Below are positions 46,477 to 53,718 of a stretch of DNA of 64,000 bases, piece after piece (position 1 is the stretch's first letter; each line of letters begins with the position of its first letter). Origin of the DNA: Actinomycetota bacterium (GTDB taxonomy: Bacteria; Actinomycetota; UBA4738; JACQTL01); assembly GCA_046263085.1 (NCBI GenBank), contig JBHELK010000057.1:30317-94316 (forward strand), given 5' to 3'. A program made the translations under genes and the position numbers. The notes under the pieces are model-generated. The model saw only the letters and a program-made list of their open reading frames with translations, was not told where the DNA came from and did not search any database.

Positions 46477-47247
46477 CTACGTGGAAGGCGTTCCCGGACC
46501 GGGCCCGGCCACCACGTGCACCACGCCGGTGGCGGTCGAGTACTTGTCGTGGAACGCGTAGTCGCCCACCGTGAGGAACTGCGCCATGTAGGTGTCATCG
46601 GGCCTGATGGGATGCTTCGTGCCCGGACTCGAGTCGAAGCTCCCGTCGTCGGCGGTGACGGAGTGGAAGTCGGCGCCGACGTTCTGGAAGTTCACCCAGG
46701 CGCCCGCCTTCACCGTGATGTCGGCGGCGTCGTAGCCGGTCTCCGAGACCTGTACGCCGTACGGCTGTGCGGCGTTGTAGCTGAACGCCACGTTCTCGCC
46801 GTTGGCCATGTACACGATCCCGTAGCGGCTGTCCGGCGGGACGAATCCGGTCTCCCCGCTCCCGGCGTGCGTGTCGTAGCCGAGCGTACTGACGGGTGTG
46901 ACGCTCCCCGCGGTGTCGCCCAGCTCGTTGTAGAACAGAATGTCGAGGTCGGCGTCGTTCGCAGGACCCTGGGAATCCACCTTCAGCGTGAAGTAGCCGC
47001 CGACCGAAGCCGGCTCGACCTGGAACACGTAACCGATCACGCCGTTGCCCTGGGTGCCCGTGGCGTCGTAGTACCGCCGGACGAGGCCGGGCCACCCGCT
47101 GGTCCCGTCGGTGAACCGGGTCGGGAACAGGATGCTCCCGGAGACGGCCTGTGCGTCGGGCTCACCGGTGTACGGGTCGGCCGAAGCCGGGGCGGCCATC
47201 ACGGCCAGCGACAACGCGAGCGTCGTCGCAGCGAGGATGCGTTTCAT
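46477..47247 (-). CDS. Secreted two-domain protein: PPC-like jelly-roll plus cupredoxin-like domain lacking the canonical type-1 Cu Cys
   Basis: ATG 47247 (AGGAG SD) within ORF 46477..47343. Signal MKRILAATTLALSLAVMAAPASA. DADLDILFY. C-terminal ITVKAGAWVNFQNVGADFHSVTADDGSFDS...GDYAFHDKYSTATGVVHVV. Confidence 0.65.
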   Translation of the reverse strand: MKRILAATTLALSLAVMAAPASADPYTGEPDAQAVSGSILFPTRFTDGTSGWPGLVRRYYDATGTQGNGVIGYVFQVEPASVGGYFTLKVDSQGPANDADLDILFYNELGDTAGSVTPVSTLGYDTHAGSGETGFVPPDSRYGIVYMANGENVAFSYNAAQPYGVQVSETGYDAADITVKAGAWVNFQNVGADFHSVTADDGSFDSSPGTKHPIRPDDTYMAQFLTVGDYAFHDKYSTATGVVHVVAGPGPGTPST

Positions 47248-47272
47248 TCGCCTTGCTCCTTTCGTGGCTCGT

Positions 47273-48766
47273 TCAGCAGGTCGGCACCAGGCACAGCGCC
47301 CGTGTGGGCCGAGCAGGGGTCGGCGTCTCGAGCATCTTCGCACCGCCCGACTGCTTGATGAAGATCGGGTTGCTGACCGGCTTCGGCCCGCTCGTGACGC
47401 TCTTCAGCGTGGTGTCGCCCGAGGCGATGAACAGCGTCCCGTCGAGCGTGTAGTTCACGGTGAAGAAGTCGCCGAGGCGTCGATCGCCGGGAGCGAACGG
47501 GTCGGGATCGGTCGGGCTCCCGACGTTGGCGTTGCAGGTCGTCCCGTCGAGGCAGATCGTGCCCTTCGCGATGTACCGCCCCGAGGCGTTCGTCACGGAG
47601 AACTGCGGCGGGATGAACTTCGTCGACCCATCGGAGCACGTCACCGTGGTGCCGTGCGCGTTCAGGGTCTGCGCGGCGTAGATGTAGAACTCGTCCGGCT
47701 TGCCGGCCAGGGTCTGGTACCACACCACAGTGGCGCGGCCGTCGTCGCCGGCCACGACCCACGGCCACAGGGCATCGCCCGCCGGGGTGGGGATGACGAT
47801 CTTGGACTCGTTCGTCTCGCCGGTGGCCCGGTTGTAGTACGCGAACGTGACTTCACCGTCGGCCTTCGTGTCGTCGCCGCCGCCGTAGCCTCCGGCGGCC
47901 GCCTCGTACACGTTGCCGGCGCTGTCCGCGGCGACCGTTCCGAAGAACTGGGTGGCCTTGCCCAGCGGGCCGAATGACTTCTCCGTCCAGGTGTCGCCGT
48001 CGTTGGCCGAGATGGCGAACGTGCCGAGGCCCACCGGCCCGATCATCCCGTTCTTTGGATTGAGGGGATCGGGGATGGCTTTGTCGCTGATGGGCGGCTC
48101 GGGCAGCTGCGTCCAGGTCAGGCCGCCGTCGCGGGACCGCCAGAGTGTCTGCGTGCCGCTCAGGAGGAGGCCGTTGCTGATGTAGAGGAAGACCTCGTCC
48201 TTGTCCAGGGCCGTGAGCCACGGGCGGTCGCCCGAGAACACTTCGGCTTCTCCGCGGGAGTAGGACTGGCCGTCGTCGTTGGAGGAGAAGACGGCGTCGT
48301 TCGCCAGGTTGATCTCCGTGTTGTAGATCCGGCCGCCCAGGTCCATGGCGAAGTCGGGGTCGGAGAAGCCCGTCGACGTGACGGTGTGCGGTCCGGCCGG
48401 CTGCCCGAGGGCGCCGATGTAGCTCCACGTGGTGCCACCGTCGGTTGAGCGCCAGTTGAGGACCTGGTTCGAGTACCCGACCAGGAAGTCCGGCGAGCCC
48501 GGGATCGCCTGCGGGTTCTTGTAGATGTGCGTGGTCCCGGCGTGTGCGGACACGTTGATCGAGCCGTCCTGCGCCACGATGCTGACCGGCTCGCCACCGG
48601 CCCGGGTCCTGTCGATGAACGTCGGCGCCCCGAAGGACAGTGGGGGGGTCTCGACCGTGGGACAGGTGCTCAGCTCCTGGGTTCCGGCGGAAGCGGGAAC
48701 CAGCCCGGCTGACAGAGCAAGCACAAGGCCAACAGTGAGCGTGACGTGGCGGCGCACGAGCATCAT
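47273..48766 (-). CDS. Secreted BNR/Asp-box repeat (sialidase-like beta-propeller) protein
   Basis: ORF 47273..48766. Signal peptide. Asp-boxes RSTDGGTTW, SSNDDGQSY, RSRDGGLTW, SANDGDTW. 25 nt upstream of the cupredoxin-like gene. Confidence 0.75.
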   Translation of the reverse strand: MMLVRRHVTLTVGLVLALSAGLVPASAGTQELSTCPTVETPPLSFGAPTFIDRTRAGGEPVSIVAQDGSINVSAHAGTTHIYKNPQAIPGSPDFLVGYSNQVLNWRSTDGGTTWSYIGALGQPAGPHTVTSTGFSDPDFAMDLGGRIYNTEINLANDAVFSSNDDGQSYSRGEAEVFSGDRPWLTALDKDEVFLYISNGLLLSGTQTLWRSRDGGLTWTQLPEPPISDKAIPDPLNPKNGMIGPVGLGTFAISANDGDTWTEKSFGPLGKATQFFGTVAADSAGNVYEAAAGGYGGGDDTKADGEVTFAYYNRATGETNESKIVIPTPAGDALWPWVVAGDDGRATVVWYQTLAGKPDEFYIYAAQTLNAHGTTVTCSDGSTKFIPPQFSVTNASGRYIAKGTICLDGTTCNANVGSPTDPDPFAPGDRRLGDFFTVNYTLDGTLFIASGDTTLKSVTSGPKPVSNPIFIKQSGGAKMLETPTPARPTRALCLVPTC

Positions 48767-48835
48767 CTCCCTACGTCTCGGGGGCGTTCACCCCCAGGTA
48801 TTCGCGGCCGGAGGGCGCCGTCCTCCTCCGATACG

Positions 48836-48851
48836 TTGTGCAACTGCACAA
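48836..48851. promoter_or_regulatory. Perfect 7-2-7 palindrome TTGTGCA-AC-TGCACAA, candidate transcription-factor operator (copy 1)
   Basis: Read directly. Lies in the divergent region between BNR gene start 48766 and proS start 48892. Near-identical copy at 53080-53095. Confidence 0.5.
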
Positions 48852-48878
48852 ACGTGTGGTCCTCGTCCCTCCCGCCGG

Positions 48879-48884
48879 TATCCT
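48879..48884 (+). promoter_or_regulatory. -10-like TATCCT, 7 nt upstream of the proS ATG (leaderless mRNA predicted)
   Basis: TANNNT hexamer. No SD between it and ATG 48892. Confidence 0.4.
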
Positions 48885-48891
48885 TTGCCGG

Positions 48892-50313
48892 ATGCCGCTG
48901 CCGAAGCAGTCCGAGGACTACCCCGGCTGGTACCAGGAGGTCGTGAAGCAGGCGGGCCTCGCCGAGAGCTCGCTGGCCCGCGGCACGATGGTCATCAAGC
49001 CCTACGGCTTCGCCATCTGGGAGGCCATCCAGAAGGCCGTCGACGACCGCATCAAGGCCACCGGGCACCAGAACCTGTACTTCCCGATGTTCATCCCGGC
49101 CCGCCTCCTGGAGAAGGAGGCGGAGCACATCGAGGGGTTCGCCCCGGAGGTGGCCGTGGTGACACACGCAGGCGGGGAGGACCTCGAGGAGCCGCTGATC
49201 GTCCGCCCCACCTCGGAGACGATCATCTGGCACACCTACGCCAAGTGGATCCAGAGCTACCGTGACCTGCCCCTGCTCTACAACCAGTGGTGCAACGTCG
49301 TGCGGTGGGAGCTCCGGCCGCGGGTCTTCCTGCGGACCACCGAGTTCCTGTGGCAGGAGGGCCACACCGCGCACGAGACGGCCGAGGAGGCCACCGAGGA
49401 GAGCCTCAAGATCCTGCACGAGGTCTACCTCGACGCCTACGAGCAGGTCATGGCCGTCCCGGCGCACGCCGGGCGCAAGAGCGCCGCCGAGCGCTTCCCC
49501 GGGGCCGTCGAGACCTACACGCTCGAGGCTCTGATGCGCGATCGCAAGGCCCTGCAGTCCTGCACGTCGCACTACCTCGGCCAGAACTTCGCGAAGGCGT
49601 ACGGGGTGACGTTCCTGGGCCGCGACGGCGAGGAGCACCTGGCCTACGCCGCGTCGTGGGGCCTCTCCACCCGGGCCGTGGGGGCCGTGATCATGGGCCA
49701 CGGCGACGACCGGGGGCTCCGCCTGCCGCCGGCGCTCGCGCCGATCCAGGCGGTGATCGTGCCGATCTACCGCAACGACGACGAGCGCACGCGCGTGCTC
49801 GAGGGCGCGAACAAGGTGATGGCCGACCTCTCCGTGCGCGCGCACCTCGACGACCGCGACGACCTCCGCCCCGGCTTCAAGTTCAACGACTGGGAGCTGA
49901 AGGGGGTGCCGGTGCGCATCGAGCTCGGGCCGCGCGACCTCGACGCCCAGCAGGCCGTGGTGGTGCGCCGCGACACCGGTGAGAAGGCCACGTGGCCGCT
50001 CGGCGAGCTCGCCGCCGGCCTCGATCCCGTGCTGCGTGAGATCCAGTCGTCACTGCTCGAGCAGGCCAGGGCGTTCCGCGATCGGCACACGTTCCGACCC
50101 ACGAGCTACGACGAGATGCGCTCGCTCCTGGAGGAACCGGGCGGGTTCATGGTCGGCGGATGGTGCGCCAGCCCGGAATGCGAGGCCAAGGTGAAGACCG
50201 ACACGAAGGCCACGATCCGCTTCCTCCCGCTCGAGCAGCGCGACCCCGGCGGCACGTGCATCGTCTGCGGCGAGCAGGCCACGGAGGAGGCCACCTGGGC
50301 CCAGGCGTACTAG
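48892..50313 (+). CDS. proS: Proline--tRNA ligase (short, archaeal/eukaryote-like type)
   Basis: ATG 48892 in frame with ORF 48838..50313. YPGWYQEVVKQAGL, class II motifs (RPTSET, FLWQEGHTAH). Product of ~473 aa, shorter than I recall for the bacterial type with an inserted editing domain. C-terminal Zn-binding CASPEC...CIVCG. Confidence 0.9.
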   Translation: MPLPKQSEDYPGWYQEVVKQAGLAESSLARGTMVIKPYGFAIWEAIQKAVDDRIKATGHQNLYFPMFIPARLLEKEAEHIEGFAPEVAVVTHAGGEDLEEPLIVRPTSETIIWHTYAKWIQSYRDLPLLYNQWCNVVRWELRPRVFLRTTEFLWQEGHTAHETAEEATEESLKILHEVYLDAYEQVMAVPAHAGRKSAAERFPGAVETYTLEALMRDRKALQSCTSHYLGQNFAKAYGVTFLGRDGEEHLAYAASWGLSTRAVGAVIMGHGDDRGLRLPPALAPIQAVIVPIYRNDDERTRVLEGANKVMADLSVRAHLDDRDDLRPGFKFNDWELKGVPVRIELGPRDLDAQQAVVVRRDTGEKATWPLGELAAGLDPVLREIQSSLLEQARAFRDRHTFRPTSYDEMRSLLEEPGGFMVGGWCASPECEAKVKTDTKATIRFLPLEQRDPGGTCIVCGEQATEEATWAQAY

Positions 50314-50324
50314 CATCCGGCGCG

Positions 50325-50612
50325 ATGGCGAAGCGTGCCCGTATCCCGGCGGATCTGCGGCAGTTCGCCATCGTGCAGCCGGAGGTTGAGGCCGTGTGCC
50401 AGCGCATCGGCCACGAGACATGGGATCTCCTGCTCATCGACGTCGACGGGAACTGGACGCGCGGCGTCTTCCAGTCCAAGGATGAAGCGCGGGCGATCGC
50501 CGAGCAGCTCGGCCTGCCCTTCCACGAGGGCTGGGAGGACGAGCGCATGGCGAGGCGGATGAACCGCCGGGATCACTGGAACAGCCCCGGCGGCCAGCAG
50601 CGCGCGCTCTAG
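50325..50612 (+). CDS. Hypothetical 95-aa protein
   Basis: ATG 50325, 11 nt after the proS stop, in frame with ORF 50160..50612. High GC3. No family recognised. Confidence 0.45.
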   Translation: MAKRARIPADLRQFAIVQPEVEAVCQRIGHETWDLLLIDVDGNWTRGVFQSKDEARAIAEQLGLPFHEGWEDERMARRMNRRDHWNSPGGQQRAL

Positions 50613-50619
50613 CCTCGAT

Positions 50620-53013
50620 CTACCCCTCGGTCAGCGCCGACAGGTTCAGGGACCAGATGCAGCGGCCGAACGTGCCCGCGTAGAGCATGTTGTTCGTGGG
50701 GACGTAGCGCAGGTCGGTGACCGGCGCGTTCGGCAGGCCCCATCCGAGCGTGTACCAGTGGATGTCGCTCGCGTCGCTGGTGAACACGCCGACGTCCGAG
50801 GACGCGTACAGCGTGTTCCCCACGACCAGGATGTCGTTGACGGGCGCCGCCGGGAGGTTCGCCGTGAGATCCGTCCACGTCGCCCCGCCGTCGGTGGTGC
50901 GCATCAGGTAGGAGGCGCCGTCGCCCTGGCGGTAGCCGCTCAACGCCACGTACACGATCTTCGCGTCGGTCGGATCGATGGTCACCCGCGACACCCAGCG
51001 CAGCGGCTCAACCGTGTTCTGGACCTGCGTCCACGTGGTGCCCGTGTCGTGCGTCACCCACAGGTAGCCGTTGTCGGTGCCTGCCCAGATCGTGGCGGGG
51101 TCGGTCTTGGAGACCGCCATCGCGCTGACCGTGCCGTAGTGCGCGGCGTAGAGCGGGTTGATCTCGCGGCCGGCGTCACCCTTGCCGAGGTCGGGGCTGA
51201 TCGGCGTCCAGTTCGCTCCGCTGTCGGTGGAGCGGCTCACGATGTCCCCGGCGTAGTACACGATGTCCGGGTTCGAGGGGTCGAAGGCCATGGGCGACAT
51301 GTAGTTGTGGCGATCGGCCGTGGCCCGCCGGCCGGTGTTCGTGTTCGTGGCGGCGGCGTCGAACTCCGTCATCGAGTTGCCCGCGTTGGTGGAGCGCGCG
51401 CAGTTGCCGTACTGCAGGCAGGCGAACACCTTGCTGAAGTCCTTCGGGTTGATGAGGTTCTGGTTGCCGTCCCCGCCGTAGTGCGAGTTCCAGGCGCCGT
51501 CGCTGCGGCCCCAGCTCCTGACGGAGCCGTTGTCCTGGAGCCCGCCGGAGATCCGGCTCGGGTCCTGCTCGCTCACGTCGATGCTCACGAACTGGACCCA
51601 CGGCATGTAGGTCCCGTGGATCCACGAGCCACCGTTGCTGTCGGAGCGATAGAACCCGCCGTCGTCACCGAGATAGACGCGGCCGGGAACCCGGGGGTCG
51701 AAGGCCAGCGCGTGCTGGTCGGGGTGCACGCCACTGGAGATGTTGAAGCGGGTCCCGCCGTCGGTGGACTCGTACAGGTCGAGCCCGGCGAGGAAGAGGT
51801 GGTTCGAGTCCCTGGGGTCGACCCACACGCGGGCGAACCACCATCCGTAGACGTACTGGGAGTCCGCGAGGTCCACCTGGGCAAGGGGTGAGGCGGTCCA
51901 GGAGTCGCCGCCGTCGGTCGACTTGAAGAACGCCTCGAACGCCCCGCTCGGCTCGTTCGCGTAGATGGCGTACACGGTCGAGGTGGTCGTCGGGTCGATG
52001 CCGATGCCGATGCGGCCGTTGCCCGTGTTGTCCGGCGGCAGGCCGTTCGTGGGCCCGAGGTGCTCCCACGTGAGGCCGGCGTCCTTCGAACGCCAGACGC
52101 CGGATCCGGGGCCCGTGTACACACGCTCGTCGGAGTAGCGGATGTGGTCCCACATCCCTACGAAGATGGTCTTGGGGTTCTTCGGGTCGACGGCCACGTC
52201 GGATGCGCCTGTGGTCTCGTTCGGCGGCTGCAGGAGCCTGCGGAAGGTCTCGCCCCGGTCGTCGCTCACGTACAGGCCGCGCTGTCCCCCCGGCGTGAAG
52301 AGGTTTCCGGAGACGGCGACGTAGATGCGGTCGGCGTCGGCGGGGTCGACCACGATCCTCGCGATCGTGCTCGAGTCGCGCAGCCCCAGGTGGTTCCATG
52401 TCTCGCCGCCGTCGCCGGAGCGGTAGATGCCGTTGCCGCCGTAGGTGATGCTCCCGCCGCCGGGATTCGTCTCACCGGTGCCGGCATAGAGCGTGCCGTC
52501 GGGGGCCTCGGCGATCGCGCCCATGGACTGCGGGAAGGACCAGGGCCACGTGGGCTCGAACGTCGAGCCGGCGTCCTCGGTCTTCCACACGCCCCCGGAG
52601 GCCGTCGCGATGAAGACGGTGTCCGGCTGGGTGGGGTCGACGGCCATGTCCACGACCCGGCCGCCGATGTTCGTGGGCCCGACCAGGGACCAGCGGGGAA
52701 TGATGAGGGAAGGCTCGACGTCCGCGGTTTCGGCGGCGACGGCCTGGGACTGCGCCGAGGCGCGCTGGAAGGCGTGCTGCGGGATGGCTCCGTCGGAGAT
52801 GCTGCGCTGGAAAAGGTACGCGTCGTCCGGGCCCGTGACGGAGGCGCCGTCGGCGAGACCGGCGAGGCCGATCCCGGCGTCCGGGTCCCCGACCGAGGCT
52901 CCGACCGCCCGCTGGTGTGCGTGCACGCCGCGGCTGTGGCCCGTCGAGGCCACCCCGGCGGCCACCACCACCAGGCTCAGTGCTGCGACTCCGAACCTCC
53001 ATCTCCGGCCCAT
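50620..53013 (-). CDS. Secreted double beta-propeller BNR/Asp-box protein (sortilin-VPS10 / GH74-like architecture)
   Basis: ATG 53013 (CAGGAG SD) inside ORF 50620..54390. Signal MGRRWRFGVAALSLVVVAAGVA. About 10 Asp-boxes (RSGDGGETW, RSKDAGLTW, KSTDGGDSW, RSTDSGANW, RTTDGGATW and others). Confidence 0.8.
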   Translation of the reverse strand: MGRRWRFGVAALSLVVVAAGVASTGHSRGVHAHQRAVGASVGDPDAGIGLAGLADGASVTGPDDAYLFQRSISDGAIPQHAFQRASAQSQAVAAETADVEPSLIIPRWSLVGPTNIGGRVVDMAVDPTQPDTVFIATASGGVWKTEDAGSTFEPTWPWSFPQSMGAIAEAPDGTLYAGTGETNPGGGSITYGGNGIYRSGDGGETWNHLGLRDSSTIARIVVDPADADRIYVAVSGNLFTPGGQRGLYVSDDRGETFRRLLQPPNETTGASDVAVDPKNPKTIFVGMWDHIRYSDERVYTGPGSGVWRSKDAGLTWEHLGPTNGLPPDNTGNGRIGIGIDPTTTSTVYAIYANEPSGAFEAFFKSTDGGDSWTASPLAQVDLADSQYVYGWWFARVWVDPRDSNHLFLAGLDLYESTDGGTRFNISSGVHPDQHALAFDPRVPGRVYLGDDGGFYRSDSNGGSWIHGTYMPWVQFVSIDVSEQDPSRISGGLQDNGSVRSWGRSDGAWNSHYGGDGNQNLINPKDFSKVFACLQYGNCARSTNAGNSMTEFDAAATNTNTGRRATADRHNYMSPMAFDPSNPDIVYYAGDIVSRSTDSGANWTPISPDLGKGDAGREINPLYAAHYGTVSAMAVSKTDPATIWAGTDNGYLWVTHDTGTTWTQVQNTVEPLRWVSRVTIDPTDAKIVYVALSGYRQGDGASYLMRTTDGGATWTDLTANLPAAPVNDILVVGNTLYASSDVGVFTSDASDIHWYTLGWGLPNAPVTDLRYVPTNNMLYAGTFGRCIWSLNLSALTEG

Positions 53014-53079
53014 GAACGATCGCTCCTGTCGCGGTTGGTTGTGTCCGGGTGGAGTTCGTCCGGGCGTGCCCGGAGCCCT

Positions 53080-53095
53080 TTGTGCAGGTGCACAG
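53080..53095. promoter_or_regulatory. Palindrome TTGTGCA-GG-TGCACAg, candidate operator (copy 2)
   Basis: Read directly. Lies in the divergent region between BNR gene start 53013 and rimP start 53215. Confidence 0.5.
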
Positions 53096-53121
53096 CCCGG
53101 CCCGCACGAAGCCCTCCGCGC

Positions 53122-53127
53122 TATACT
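53122..53127 (+). promoter_or_regulatory. -10-like hexamer TATACT for the rimP-nusA-infB operon
   Basis: AT-rich TANNNT hexamer in a GC-rich intergenic region, 87 nt upstream of the rimP ATG. Confidence 0.35.
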
Positions 53128-53156
53128 CGGTGGCGAAGGCGAACAGAAACGACCCG

Positions 53157-53183
53157 AAGTGGGCCGCGGCCCACTTTCTTTTT
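53157..53183 (+). terminator. Intrinsic terminator/attenuator in the rimP-nusA leader
   Basis: AAGTGGGCC-GC-GGCCCACTT perfect 9-bp inverted repeat (53157-53176) followed by TCTTTTT (53177-53183). Oriented for the + strand only. Confidence 0.55.
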
Positions 53184-53214
53184 CGAGGGGGCCCGTTTTC
53201 GGGGCGGTGAGGCC

Positions 53215-53700
53215 ATGGACGCGGAGGCGCTGGTCCGGCCGGTGGTCGAGTCCGCCGGGCTGGAGCTGATCGAGGTCACGTTCAACCGCGGGCTGCTCAG
53301 GGTGGTGGTGGACCAGGACGGCGGTGTCGACATCGACACCATCGCCCAGACCTCCGAGAAGGTCTCGCGCCGCCTCGATCTGGAGAACTTCGGATCGGGT
53401 CGCTACACCCTCGAGGTGAGCTCGCCGGGAGTGGAGCGGCACCTCCGCGAGCCCCGCGACTTCATGAGGCGGATCGGGGAGCGGGTGAAGGTGAAGGCCG
53501 TCGTCCCGGAGGAGGGCGGCCTCACGCTGAACGGCACGATCGTCTCGGCGGATGACGAGGCCGTGACGATCGCCACCGACCGCGTCGGGCGGCGGGTGGC
53601 CTACCCGTTCATCCGCTCTGCACGCACGGTGTTCGAGTGGGGCGGCCAGCCCAAGCCGGGCGGCCGGCGCCCGAGGGCCAAGGAAGCAAGCAGGAAGTAG
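53215..53700 (+). CDS. rimP: Ribosome maturation factor RimP
   Basis: ATG 53215 in frame with ORF 52060..53700. YTLEVSSPGVERHL motif. Position upstream of nusA. Confidence 0.85.
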   Translation: MDAEALVRPVVESAGLELIEVTFNRGLLRVVVDQDGGVDIDTIAQTSEKVSRRLDLENFGSGRYTLEVSSPGVERHLREPRDFMRRIGERVKVKAVVPEEGGLTLNGTIVSADDEAVTIATDRVGRRVAYPFIRSARTVFEWGGQPKPGGRRPRAKEASRK

Positions 53701-53718
53701 GAAGGTCAGGAGCGGGAC

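Noticed and set aside
44889-46598. Upstream part of the 760-aa ORF 44316..46598
   Set aside because: It is an out-of-frame overlap with trpE. Only the last 190 codons (from ATG 44888) encode the glutamine amidotransferase.
48827-48834. Sigma-28/WhiG-type -10 element (CCGATA), also seen at 16037..16044 upstream of ffh
   Set aside because: No TAAA -35 element lies at the required ~15-nt spacing in either case, and the hexamer alone is too short to be meaningful.
48836-48851. Assigning the TTGTGCA-N2-TGCACAA palindrome to Rex or CRP/FNR
   Set aside because: The half-sites are similar, but the TGTG-to-CACA spacing is 6 nt, against 8 nt in both the Rex (TTGTGAA-N4-TTCACAA) and CRP (TGTGA-N6-TCACA) consensus. 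The regulator is left unassigned.
53014-53214. Possible tRNA upstream of rimP, by analogy with metY-rimP-nusA in E. coli
   Set aside because: No cloverleaf, no T-loop GTTCGAATC-like box, and no acceptor-stem pairing. The region is explained by the palindrome, the -10 box and the terminator hairpin.
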